Positions 19,111 to 29,681 of a stretch of 60,254 nucleotides of DNA are shown piece after piece. The position numbers were made by a program, and so were the translations under genes. Source of the stretch: a virus (Duplodnaviria > Caudoviricetes); IMG/VR virus record IMGVR_UViG_3300045747_000144, positions 1 to 60,254 of that record, one strand, 5' to 3'. The notes under the pieces were generated by a model. It saw only the letters and a program-made list of their open reading frames with translations, was not told the origin of the DNA and searched no databases. How positions within the stretch are numbered: position 1 is the first letter of the stretch; each line of letters starts with the position of its first letter.

Positions 19111-19416
19111 ATGCAAGCAGCTAAAAAGATCACAAAGGCAACATTCAAAAGTTTCTTGAAGAAGAACCCTGGCAAGATCTATGTCAAGACGAGGACTCGC
19201 TTTGACGGTATGACGGATGGCATTGAGGATTGTCAAGACCAGGGATGGAGCCTTGCACGTGCAGCAGACCACACGTTTGAGAACAACCTGGGGATCGCTG
19301 GTGTCTGGCTGGTGGGTGGATCAAGGAATTATTTCAGAGAAGTCAAGGAAGAGAACTTCACTGGCATCGACGTCTACAATTGTTGTGGTCATTTCATGGT
19401 TGGGGTTCGTGTTTGA
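19111..19416 (+). CDS. Early conserved hypothetical protein
   Basis: MQAAKKITKATFKSF...FDGMTDG...WLVGGSRNYF...VYNCCG.F. Confidence 0.75.
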   Translation: MQAAKKITKATFKSFLKKNPGKIYVKTRTRFDGMTDGIEDCQDQGWSLARAADHTFENNLGIAGVWLVGGSRNYFREVKEENFTGIDVYNCCGHFMVGVRV

Positions 19417-19920
19417 CATTTAAGTGCCGATGGGTTATCATACATCATAGACAATCAAAAAGGAACATGAAATGACAGAAGCAATGAAGACCCTGGCCCT
19501 TGCATATGCACAATCGCTGGTTGAGTCCATGTGATGAGTGTGCAGAGTGAAACAAGCAACCTCCAAGAAGACAAGGTTGCATTAAAGCAAGCTCGCAACG
19601 CAATGTATGACCTCCAGTATGCATTGGATCAAGAAGCGTGCAAACAGGCAGCGCTTTGACAGTTAAGTCCCTATGGTGCATAATACATCATGGACTCAAA
19701 AATGGAACACAAAATGAATGATTACATCATAAGCGAAATGAATGGCAACTACTGGGACGAGATCCTCAATCAATCATTCTATGCAGGTGTTGGTATGTCC
19801 GACAATGCTACATTTTATGATTTTGTTTATATGTACTGTGGAGCATAAGATGATTATATCTGTTCTGATTGGTGTGGCGGTTATTGGCGCTATTATGCAT
19901 TTTCAACGTATTGATGGTGA

Positions 19921-20124
19921 GTGGCTATGAAAAGTGTTATTATGATTGAGCATGGTCGCAGGACCTGTGCAGTTCGTCCTGGTGAGCATTGCATCATGTT
20001 GGGGGAAAGAGCCCTGGGCACTATCCCGGTGTGCCTGATGTTCCCAGGGACTGACCTTAAGGAAGAAGCAGGGTGGCTCATCCGTTGTGATGCCTGCATT
20101 AAGATGTTCGTACCAGTGCCTTGA
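19921..20124 (+). CDS. Cys-rich hypothetical protein
   Basis: C..C..C..RCDAC. Confidence 0.5.
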   Translation: MAMKSVIMIEHGRRTCAVRPGEHCIMLGERALGTIPVCLMFPGTDLKEEAGWLIRCDACIKMFVPVP

Positions 20125-20339
20125 CGCAGTTTGACATTAAAGTTCCTATCCTCAATAATACATCATAGAGTGAAAAGGAACACAAAATGTTAGTAAAAGA
20201 GTTGATAGAGGTTTTGAAGTCAATGGATCAGGACAAAGACGTGGTGTTGTGGAATGAAGAGTATGATTGTAAGGAGTCCATCCAGCAGATCGAAGAATTG
20301 ACAGAAGACGAAGTGGTAATGATCTGGTAACAAAGGAAC

Positions 20340-20504
20340 ATGATGAGAACATACAAAGCATTCTACCGCGGCAAGACATGCATTGTCATTGCCGAGACAT
20401 CCTACTCTGCACAGGAACAAGCAGCATCCTTCTTCAAAGCGAAGAAGTCATATGATGTTGCCATTGTGTTGGCAGACGTCCCAGTGGATACGGCATCACT
20501 ATGA
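20340..20504 (+). CDS. Small hypothetical protein (not in ORF track)
   Basis: AAGGA SD; MMRTYKAFYRGK...AQEQAASFFKAKKSYDV. Confidence 0.6.
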   Translation: MMRTYKAFYRGKTCIVIAETSYSAQEQAASFFKAKKSYDVAIVLADVPVDTASL

Positions 20505-20682
20505 GGCCCGTCAATACACCAACCTGCTCTTAGAGATGATTGAGGAAGGTTGCCTCAGTAAGGATGTGGTCATCGCTGCATGTTTGGACTATATGAGTGA
20601 GATTGATGTCCAGGTTATGATGGAAGACAATGAGTTTGTGGAGGATGAGGAGGACATGTTCTTTCGTGAGGCTACACGATGA
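20501..20682 (+). CDS. Hypothetical protein with uncertain or frameshifted start
   Basis: RQYTNLLLEMIEEG...ACLDYMSE; the coupled ATG at 20501 is out of frame. Confidence 0.45.
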
Positions 20683-20900
20683 GTAAGTACACACTGAAAC
20701 GTCCTACCCGTGCATCAGGTGACTATGGGCCTTACGAACAGGGATATGACCATGGTGCCGCTGGTGATGCATACGAGAATATCTATGACCAGCCTGGCGA
20801 AGAGTGTGATCACGCATCATACCAATATGGGTGGATAGACGGCTCAGTGGCTATGTTCAGGGCATGGGAGGCAGTCAATTTGACATCAAAGTCCCTATAG
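20679..20900 (+). CDS. Hypothetical protein
   Basis: YEQGY...YQYGW motifs. Confidence 0.6.
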   Translation: MSKYTLKRPTRASGDYGPYEQGYDHGAAGDAYENIYDQPGEECDHASYQYGWIDGSVAMFRAWEAVNLTSKSL

Positions 20901-20935
20901 TGCATAATACATCATAGCATCAAAAAAGGAACAGT

Positions 20936-21274
20936 ATGTCAATGAACCTAAACATCCAGGCAGTCCGTAAGGTCATGGTTATCAAGACGGGCAAAGTCCG
21001 TAACCAATCATTGGATTTTGACTGTGTGCAGACCCCTACTAGGGTGTCATATGAGATCATGGAGATGGCAGACAAGATCGCTGGGTATAAGGCATACGTC
21101 ATGAGCATCAGTCAGGATGAGGAAGAAGAATTGTACGCAGATGATGACTATATGTGTGAGGAACCAATTGGTACACGCACAGTCAATCGTGGTGCAGATC
21201 ATTGCAGGGACCTAGACATGTTCCTTTCAACATGCGCTGACGAAGGGTACGACATTGAAGTTTATGTAATGTAA
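20936..21274 (+). CDS. Early hypothetical protein
   Basis: Follows promoter cassette. Confidence 0.7.
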   Translation: MSMNLNIQAVRKVMVIKTGKVRNQSLDFDCVQTPTRVSYEIMEMADKIAGYKAYVMSISQDEEEELYADDDYMCEEPIGTRTVNRGADHCRDLDMFLSTCADEGYDIEVYVM

Positions 21275-21283
21275 GGAACCACC

Positions 21284-21481
21284 ATGTATTGTATTGTAGA
21301 GAAGATCACCGTGGACAACGTGTCCTGGACTGAGTGTATTGAGAAGTGCGAGTCTATCAAGGAAGCCAATGTGTTGTATGAGAAGTATGATGCAATGGGT
21401 AAACACTGTTGGGTAGAGTCAATCCGTGACCCTCTGGAGACCTTAGAGGACGTTGATGATGAGTTAGGATGCTGCCCTTGA
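21284..21481 (+). CDS. Hypothetical protein
   Basis: AAGGA SD; stop lies within the next -35 box. Confidence 0.6.
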   Translation: MYCIVEKITVDNVSWTECIEKCESIKEANVLYEKYDAMGKHCWVESIRDPLETLEDVDDELGCCP

Positions 21482-21529
21482 CATTAAAGTGCCTATCCTC
21501 AATAATTAATCATCAAAAAGGAACACATC

Positions 21530-21736
21530 ATGCCGAGAATCAATGCCCCTCAAGTCGCTTACCGTGTTGACATCATCGAATCTGAACGTGGATGGGGTCA
21601 AAAGGTTGATGAAACCATATACTTTGACAATGAAGCAGAAGCAAAGGAATATGTCCGTGCTTATAACTTGCAGCATAATACAGCAGATAGTGCACCTGAT
21701 TGGTACATGCGTGCTGACTATGTGGGGAAGAGATAA
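21530..21736 (+). CDS. Conserved phage hypothetical protein
   Basis: ESERGWGQK...F..E.EA......YN.......APDWY. Confidence 0.75.
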   Translation: MPRINAPQVAYRVDIIESERGWGQKVDETIYFDNEAEAKEYVRAYNLQHNTADSAPDWYMRADYVGKR

Positions 21737-22140
21737 TGGACTTCACTATTGCAGGCTATAGCAAACGTGACAAGTTCATTGCTAGCATGCTCCCTTCTAT
21801 GTTGTCACAGTTGAAGTTGGGCAGTAGCAAACGTTCCCTCATGGTTAAGGTCACCGTGGAATGTGAACATGAGGGTAGCACCACTTGTGTGCCAGAGATC
21901 AACGCATACTTGGTCCTACTGAAACCTGCTACCTATGTGCAAATGGCGCTCACCCTAGCGCATGAACTAGTGCATGTTAAACAGTTCGCTACAGGCAAAC
22001 TCAAGGCCTATGATGGAGGGCACGTGTGGAGTGGTTCGACATACCCGGACTCTACTCCCTACTTGGATCAACCATGGGAAGTGCAAGCCTATGCTAAACA
22101 AGAGATTATCATGCGAAGGTCATTCGAGCTTGACACTTAA
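21736..22140 (+). CDS. Putative zinc metallopeptidase
   Basis: LAHELVHVKQ (HExxH) ... PWEVQA. Confidence 0.75.
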   Translation: MDFTIAGYSKRDKFIASMLPSMLSQLKLGSSKRSLMVKVTVECEHEGSTTCVPEINAYLVLLKPATYVQMALTLAHELVHVKQFATGKLKAYDGGHVWSGSTYPDSTPYLDQPWEVQAYAKQEIIMRRSFELDT

Positions 22141-22183
22141 GTCCCCATAGTGCATAATACATCATAGAGAATCAAAAAGGAAC

Positions 22184-23207
22184 ATGATGTCAAAACGTAA
22201 AACAGTGAATGTGACCGACATGGTTACCATAGTGAATGATATGTGCAAACGGTCTGGCGCTGATGCCTCTGGTATCCGTCAGGGTATGATGTTTATGTTG
22301 GAGCACTTCTTGCATGATACCTGGAACTATAAAGGGTATCGCTACTTGCTAGCGAATGAAGTAGAGGATGGACTTCCTGGGGTTAACTATGATGTGAACA
22401 TGGATGGTGTGATGATACCCCACCCTGATTATGAGAAACGATTCGCTAACACCGACAAGACACGAGTGGAGTATTTTAAATGAAACGATTTGAACTTGAC
22501 TGTTATGAGGTCCGTGAGTCTGACGGTGGAGGTATGTCTGATTATCATATAGCATACTGCAGCACATTGATGCTTGCACAGAAGCTCGCTGATCAGGTTA
22601 AAGGGTGGCGTAATGTGCATCCGTATAAGAAGGTGTTCACTGTGTTTGATGATATGGAAGAAGTGGAAGCCAATAGTAAGGCAAATCTCCGTAAATCCGG
22701 ACTAGCTAAACTAAGTGCCGCAGAGAAGGGTGCGTTAGGTATTAAGGAGTGAATCATGGAACCGGAAATCAAAGTAACAAAAATTAATGACCGTTGGCAT
22801 GCACGTCTGACCGTTGAGGGTAAAGTGTATGGTGAGATGGCATGCTCCGCTAGGGTTGATGTGGGATACATCTGCAGGCAACTAATGCGATGGCATGATA
22901 AGTGCGGGTGGGAGGGTATTGTTGCTCATCACTCTAGGAACCGTCTTAACATGAAGGAAACCAATCACCGTGGCCCTATGGGAACAGTGTGGTATATAAA
23001 CAAATGATCAAAGCATTAGTGAAACGTGTTGACCGTATCTCTGACCTATATGATGTAGGTCCAGCGCACCGAGCAGCAGTTGAAGACTTCGTGGACATTG
23101 TATTGAGTGAATGTTGCCAAGTGGTGTATGAGCATGCTGACACCTATGCTAATGCTGAATTGATTACAACTGCAATAAGGAAACGCTTTGAATATCCGAA
23201 TGAATAG
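22184..23207 (+). CDS. Four coupled hypothetical ORFs (22184-22483, 22480-22752, 22756-23007, 23004-23207)
   Basis: Overlapping start/stop codons downstream of a promoter cassette. Confidence 0.65.
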
Positions 23208-23412
23208 TTATGAACGCATTGCCCAAGGGCTGTTGAGGGAACACAAGTCCCGTCCCTTTGCAATGTTCCGTCATGGGAAGTTGCATACGGGCATTGCCAG
23301 TTCACACCGTCTCCCTGATGCCCGTATGTGGAGAACATTCTGGCGCATCAAGAATGTGGGACGCTAGTTGGTGTAGGTTGACATTAAAGTTGCCGTGATG
23401 TATCATTGATGC

Positions 23413-25078
23413 ATGAAGAATGAAAAAGGAAATCAGTCAATGTATACAGAATCACAAATAAACCTCATTCGAGACGCACAGGCAATGCAGATCAGTAATC
23501 CGAACCGTGCAGTTGTCAATTCAGAGAGTTCATTCGCGGCACAGAGGATTCGTTCTGTTGATGCAGAATTAGCAGATGAATATTGGTCGTGGGCCCGTTC
23601 ATTCTCACCTGATTGGAAGAATGCGGGGAAGTATGGTGATGTTGTAAAGGAACAACAAATCAAGATGAATGAGATTGATCAAGAGCAAACAATGCCTTCT
23701 TGGGGCTATGCGGGAACCTAACATGAATGAACATATACACGAAGATCTATTGCGGCTTAGGGATGAATTGGTGCCGCGCGCATTCTTTGCAGATAATACA
23801 GTGAAGAATGCAGAGCTTGCAGAAGTGGTGTGGAAAATAAACAGTTGCTTGTTTAGGGGATATCCTAGGAGAGCACAATGATACATAACATTACTATAGG
23901 GTACTTAACTGTTCTAGGCCTTATTTTCACAATATACGGATCTAATGTAAGATCCCGAATCGTTGGGTTATTGTCCCTTATTATAGCAATTCTAAACTTT
24001 GGTGTCTTATGATTAAATTACAAAAAATCGCTGTTGGTGTATTCATTGTGGTGCAAATATTGGTTATTGTGTATTTTGCGTTAGAATGGTTTAAGGAACC
24101 ATTTATGATTGAGGTGATGGAACATGCAGGATAAGGATGACATAATCTTTGAGCAGAGTCAGCAGATAAACCGTCTTAGTTCTCGTATAACATATTTGCA
24201 AGAGGAACTTGCCTCTGCAGAAGATGAAATTGATTCTCAGCGCGTTAAGTATGAACAAACTATATCTATGTTAGAGCATGATCTTGGGGAAGCATTATAT
24301 GGACACTAAAGAAAAACGTATCGAACTGAACATCGCTGCTATTAAGATACCTGCAGTTGGTGACTATTGGCATGAGATGTACTGTCCCTATTTTGTCATT
24401 GTGAATATTCAGGATGACAAGTACACAATATTGTGTGCCGTAACAATTGAGGGTGCCACTAATGCTATTGTTCGGCACCGTGATTATTGTGAGTTTGATT
24501 ACTCTAAACACTCAGTAGTGTCTATAGAGTGGATTAAGGATATAGTATCTTATAAGAATGCACCCGGATTTGTTGCAGATGTCCGTAGAGGGTGGCGCCC
24601 TTCTCTTATCAATGAATGGCAGGCAGCTAATCCGAACTATGTTGCAGAATGGGCAAAGAAACCTTTGTATGAAGATTGGTTCCTAGGAGTATGAACCCTT
24701 GGTCACATTACCGGTGGGGTGCGTTGATGCGTATGAATCATTATGTTAAATGGAAACAGCGAGTGGCTGATGACATTAAGCTTATGAAACTCAATAATAT
24801 GCATAAACGCATGAAACGAAACTATAGCATGTTGTGTTTACCCGAATTTAAATTGGAAGTTAAAAATGTTAAAAGATAGACTAGTGTTGGTTGAGGAAGA
24901 TATTGTTAAATTGAAAACAAGGTGTAGTAAACTGTACGGGCAGATTGCCTTTAGTGGTGACCACTTCGCGCAAGAGCACATTAAACGATTAGAGTATGAC
25001 AACGTGTTGCAGGAATTACAAACGAGACTCACTGAAAAGATGCTGATTGACGAAATGATAGCGAATGGACATCCTTGA
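23413..25078 (+). CDS. Run of small hypothetical ORFs (about 23440-23721, 24124-24309, 24299-24694, 24866-25078, plus tiny hydrophobic ORFs)
   Basis: Co-oriented, closely packed ORFs with SD sequences. Confidence 0.55.
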
Positions 25079-25090
25079 GGAAATGATGAT

Positions 25091-26336
25091 ATGAAAGAAC
25101 GAATTGAAGAACTTGCAGAGCTAGCCGGATATCAACCAGAAGTATTTGAAATTTGCAAGCTATGCATGGAAAAATTTGCCGAATTGATTATCAAAGAATG
25201 TGCAAACGTTTGCAAAGAAACAGCAGAAAAACAATTTAGCCCACTATACTCTCGTGAGAGTGATGGTGCTATCGTATGTTTTTCCAATATTAATAAACAT
25301 TTCGGAATTAAATAATGAACAAACGAATTAAAGAACTTGCCGAACAAGCAACTAACATAGTGATTGAACAGGCTAAAACAGTTGAAAGTGTTGATTGGCA
25401 ATGTGTTTTTGCCGAGTTAATTATCAAGGAATGCCTTACAGCAGTACGTGAGGAAATTGGGTCTGACTATAATTGGGACCTAGCTGGTGACATATTAAAT
25501 GAACGAATATTTAAACATTTTGGGGTAGAGAATGAATAAATTTGGACAACTACGAGACAAGTGGAGTGATGCTGTGCAACAGGCAGATGATGCCCGTACA
25601 GAACTTGAGAATTTTGTATACCCTATTATTAGAATACTTGAGGGTATTGACTACTGTTATACAATTACAAGTATCTCTCGTGGTAAAACCTCGTATCGCA
25701 TTGAGACAGTTGGTGAAGATCGTGATGCGTGGAGAGATCACCATATTCCAACTTGGATTATTGAGGCAGATGATCCACTGCTTGCTGCAACAAATCATGT
25801 TAAAACTGAACAAGCGGAAAAAGAAAAAGTTAGGCAGCACCAAATTCGTGCAGAAATTGAGCGATTACAGGGTTTGGTAAAATGAACACACGAATTAGAA
25901 AATTAGCACAAGATGCTGGCATCAAGATGGCGCATGATGATACTCTGGCACTAGGATACTTAGACACAGCACACAAAAAGTTCGCTGAGTTAATTATTAA
26001 TGAGTGCATTGGGGTTATTCACAAAGAACACGACCAAGGCGTGAACAGACATGATGATTACTGCCTGGCGCTATACGAGGTGTATCGTGAGATCAAGCAA
26101 CACTTTGGGGTAGAATAATGAACAAGTTGCTCGAGCAACTAGCATTAATGTCAGATTTTGGATACATTGATGACAATCACCATGGTGGAATAGAAAATGA
26201 TGATCAAGAGAGACTCACCGGATTCGCTCACCGTATCATAAAAGAATGCTTGAATGAATGTTGGTATGATGCGACACCGAAAGAAATTGCGGATAATATA
26301 AGAATGAAATTTAGTATTACAGAATTGGACCTATAA
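25091..26336 (+). repeat. Tandem paralog family MNxRIxELA / FAELIIxEC / KHFGVE (25091-25315, 25315-25539, 25882-26118, 26118-26336), with unrelated ORF 25532-25885 inserted
   Basis: Three conserved blocks separated by unrelated segments. Confidence 0.85.
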
Positions 26337-27253
26337 TGGCAAAAGATCACTACTCTTGGGAATACCTATTGTGGCGAAGGTGGAAATTAAAATTCATAAA
26401 TTGGACTAGGAAGAGCTCCACGCACGATGAGTTTGAATTGTGGTATGCCACCCGTCGATATAAAGAGAATTGTCTCTGGCATCCAGAATTGAATAGGTAC
26501 ACAGTATTAACTGATAAACAGAATCTGTGGGAATGTTGGAATGCTGCTAGAGGAATTAAATACGTCTACATTACAGGATATCCAACGGCATAATATGAGT
26601 AAGTATACACCAGATAAGTGGGCAATCGTCAAAGTGGTTACTGAGGACTACACTGTACTTAGAATTATAGCGTCGTGGTATGGAGGTTTTGCTGGATCTA
26701 ATTCTTGGAAATTGAGTTCTGGAATAACAGGTATGACAATCAATGGAGATTGGTATGAGTTCACCAATGAGTCCGGATCGTTGTATTTTTGCAACAAGAA
26801 CTGTTATGGTATGTCGTCATATACTACTTCAATATACGGTGGGTTCCAGCGTGATTTTGATTCTATTCCGGGTTCTTCTATAGAGTTTTTAAACTGTGAA
26901 GATATTGAATCAGAGGTGGCTAAATGGACGACCTAATATATAGGTTGCGGAAGAGAGCAGAAATACGTCGGCAGATTAAAACAAGAAAGAGTGTGCAAGA
27001 AGGAGCACCAGATCGTATTTCAGATCTTCTAGAGGAAGCTGCAAATGAAATATCACTATTGCGTGCAGTAGGACCAAGTATGCTGCGTGGCACTAGCACT
27101 GACGGTTCAGAGTGGTGGGGAACAATGCTTGATGTCCTGAACGATTATAAAGATGCTGCTGATTGTGAGGCCGCAGAGGTAGACAGAATTAACAAGAGTA
27201 TCGACGAGTTTTACAAAGCCATATCTTATATTATGTCCAAGTATCATAAATAA
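26336..27253 (+). CDS. Three hypothetical ORFs (26336-26593, 26595-26936, 26924-27253)
   Basis: YTPDKW...SWYGGFAGSNSWKLSSGI and LRKRAEIRRQI..RKSVQEG.PDRISDLLEEAA resemble recurrent phage families. Confidence 0.7.
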
Positions 27254-27271
27254 TCCAATAATGGAGGATTT

Positions 27272-27583
27272 ATGAAAAAAGACATATTAGGCTTAATCCC
27301 AAAGGAACTAAAGGGGAACGAGAAGCTAGAAATGTATAGAGATGGGCGTCTGGGTAAAGAGGGTAATGTCGGTATCCACAAAATTGATATTCATAATGGA
27401 AAACGACACTATTCCATTTCCCACCTAACCACTATTAACACCAAGTATAATATGGCGGGTGAATTGGTTGACGAACAGGGCAACACTATTGACCAGCTTC
27501 GTCATAAATATGACATCAAACGCACACCAAAGGCAATGCGCGAATCTAAAATAATGTCGTTTAAGGAATACTTAGAACAATGA
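27272..27583 (+). CDS. Late hypothetical protein with C-terminal SFKEYLE motif
   Basis: CATAAATA at 27245; GGAGG SD. Confidence 0.7.
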   Translation: MKKDILGLIPKELKGNEKLEMYRDGRLGKEGNVGIHKIDIHNGKRHYSISHLTTINTKYNMAGELVDEQGNTIDQLRHKYDIKRTPKAMRESKIMSFKEYLEQ

Positions 27584-27594
27584 AGAGGCAAATC

Positions 27595-27640
27595 ATTTCC
27601 TTATAAATATATCATCATTGATGGTTTATATGGGGAAAAT
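27595..27640 (+). promoter_or_regulatory. Late promoter within an RBS-sequestering hairpin
   Basis: TATAAATA at 27602; TTTCCTTATAAA can pair with TTTATATGGGGAAA. Confidence 0.6.
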
Positions 27641-29002
27641 ATGCAGCATTCGTTTAAAAATTGGTTGTTGGAGAATTTTGGGTCTGATTATGACTACTCT
27701 AGTTTGACTCCACATCACACGTACAAAACAAAAGACGGGCATGAAGTCAATATTCATGTATTCAACAACCCAAACGGCAAGCACGCAGTATTTCACAATA
27801 AATCCCTTGGTGGCGTTGTGACAAAAATAGTTCACTGGAACCACACTGCAGAGAGACCTTCCATGGAAGAGTTGGTCGCTATGGGTAAGGAAGACGAAGA
27901 ATTAAATGAGGAAGCCAAAGCGCTTACTGGCGATTCAGCAGGCAGAATAACAGAACATTCTGCCATTATTCATATGATTGGGCATAAGCATGCTCAAAAT
28001 AAAACCCACGGATCACCAGAGCATCAAGCTGAAATTGCTCACCATGAGGAAGCAATTAAAAAATTAGGTGGAGGCGCACATCCGCATCAAGTTGAAACAC
28101 GAGTAGAGCACGGCAAGGCGGCAGCAGCTGCAGCATTGGCATCAATCAAGTCAATACATGGGCCTCACGCAAAAATAGAATCGGTTGCTCATACATCAAA
28201 ACGTGGTGATATAGAAAAATTCACAAAGGGTGTTCACAAAGACACCCAAGAAAACCCATCAGATATGGGTGTTGAAGTATCAAACTCCGATAACCATAAA
28301 AATAAAAATAAGAGATTCTATCACGGTTATTCACTTAAGTCATCTGCCAAGGCCAGTAACATCACAGCGAAAAATCCAGGTATTCATATGCATGGTATTT
28401 TGGATGTTCCAAGTCGCAAATTGAATGCAGAAAAAGTATCCAGAGATGGTATCAAAGATGTGGTCAAAAAAATGGGGCATGAAGGTGTATCCGCTGCAGA
28501 TCGAGGCAGGATGATATCCAAATCCAGGGAAGAAGAGGGGACACACCCCAAACACGCAGATGCAAATAAAAGACTAACAAAAATTGAAGCAGAAGCAAAC
28601 GTCCATGGTAGAACAGCCAGAGAAAATGTTGCGACTGAATTACACGACCATATTCACCATCTAGTGAAGAATGGTCATCACGATAAGATATCTGGTATGC
28701 TTAAGTCGCACCTAACAGCAGAAACTAGTATGCGTTGGGATAAGATTCATGTTAAAGGTGACAACCCAGCTAAGGTTAAGGCTAGTGTTACCCCAGGAAG
28801 CGAATCCCCTCTATCCAAAATATTCAATGACCCTAAATCTAAATACGCAGTATCACGCAAAGGGTCCAGAGTGACTGTTCACCATGTCGATCCCACTACA
28901 GGTGATCATACAGACTTGGCGCACTATAGTCCAAAGACGAAAAGCAACATATTTAAGTCAGATGTTCATAATTGGAATGTTATGCCTGGGCATACGCACT
29001 AA
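27641..29002 (+). CDS. His-rich putative internal head protein with PD-(D/E)xK-like nuclease motif
   Basis: N-terminal SFKNWLLE; ENPSD...GYSLKS. Confidence 0.55.
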   Translation: MQHSFKNWLLENFGSDYDYSSLTPHHTYKTKDGHEVNIHVFNNPNGKHAVFHNKSLGGVVTKIVHWNHTAERPSMEELVAMGKEDEELNEEAKALTGDSAGRITEHSAIIHMIGHKHAQNKTHGSPEHQAEIAHHEEAIKKLGGGAHPHQVETRVEHGKAAAAAALASIKSIHGPHAKIESVAHTSKRGDIEKFTKGVHKDTQENPSDMGVEVSNSDNHKNKNKRFYHGYSLKSSAKASNITAKNPGIHMHGILDVPSRKLNAEKVSRDGIKDVVKKMGHEGVSAADRGRMISKSREEEGTHPKHADANKRLTKIEAEANVHGRTARENVATELHDHIHHLVKNGHHDKISGMLKSHLTAETSMRWDKIHVKGDNPAKVKASVTPGSESPLSKIFNDPKSKYAVSRKGSRVTVHHVDPTTGDHTDLAHYSPKTKSNIFKSDVHNWNVMPGHTH

Positions 29003-29032
29003 TAAATACAACATAATATTGATGGGAAACAC

Positions 29033-29632
29033 ATGCTAACATTTAAAGAATTCATAACAGAAGCACCCGCTGGTGACCACGCTCATCAATTGGGGCTAAG
29101 TCATATGGGATATGGGAGATACGGTAGAGATGGTAAAGTATCTCACGTTTCTAGAAACGATAAGTTGACCCATGTATCTAAGGTCAAAGACTTTAGCACA
29201 CTGCACGGTGGGCAATTAAAGCACTTAGAGCACGCTGATGATGAGGTATTTAATCATGGTTCCCATGGTGTCAGAAACATTGTTGACCATGTAAATGCAT
29301 TACGACATGGTGATGATAGAGTTAAAGTGTCCCAAAAGATTGATGGTTGTGTGCACGAAGATACTATTATCATGACTAATATGGGTGAGATTAAGATTAA
29401 GGATGTTACTACACAAACTACTGTTATGGGGCATGATTTTGGTGACGGGTTGGATAAAATGATTGATATAATAAACAAAACACAATCACCCTCCAATAAA
29501 CAGTGGGTTGAGGTATTCTTTGAAAATGAACAGTCCGTCAAGGTTACAGAAGATCATGAGATATTCACAACCAATCGTGGGTGGGTAGAGGCAGGACAAT
29601 TAACCGAAGCTGATAACGTACAAACAATGTAG
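29033..29632 (+). CDS. Ligase-like (KxDG) nucleotidyltransferase N-extein fused to split intein N-half
   Basis: MLTFKEFITE; HLEH; SQKIDG|CVHEDT (intein block A, Cys at 29348); VTEDHEIFT (block B); RGWVEAGQL. Confidence 0.9.
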   Translation: MLTFKEFITEAPAGDHAHQLGLSHMGYGRYGRDGKVSHVSRNDKLTHVSKVKDFSTLHGGQLKHLEHADDEVFNHGSHGVRNIVDHVNALRHGDDRVKVSQKIDGCVHEDTIIMTNMGEIKIKDVTTQTTVMGHDFGDGLDKMIDIINKTQSPSNKQWVEVFFENEQSVKVTEDHEIFTTNRGWVEAGQLTEADNVQTM

Positions 29633-29681
29633 ATGGGGTAAGGTGTCTTATTTGATAAATACATGTATAATCAAGGAGACG

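Larger units (their letters stand above)
16578..23406 (+). repeat. Dispersed array of 13 early promoter/RBS cassettes
   Basis: TTGACA(TC/TT)AAAGT...(C/A)ATAAT or TATCAT, then ATCATAG...AAAAGGAA, with -35 boxes at 16578, 17042, 17994, 18438, 18780, 19057, 19413, 19656, 20131, 20880, 21478, 22130 and 23378. Confidence 0.9.

Noticed and set aside
19472-19659. Frameshifted pseudogene
   Set aside because: The TGATG junction is equally explained by two coupled small ORFs (20 and 41 aa).
16578-23410. CRISPR array or integron attC sites
   Set aside because: Spacing is hundreds of bp and gene-filled, the repeats are non-palindromic promoters, and no cas or integrase gene is present.
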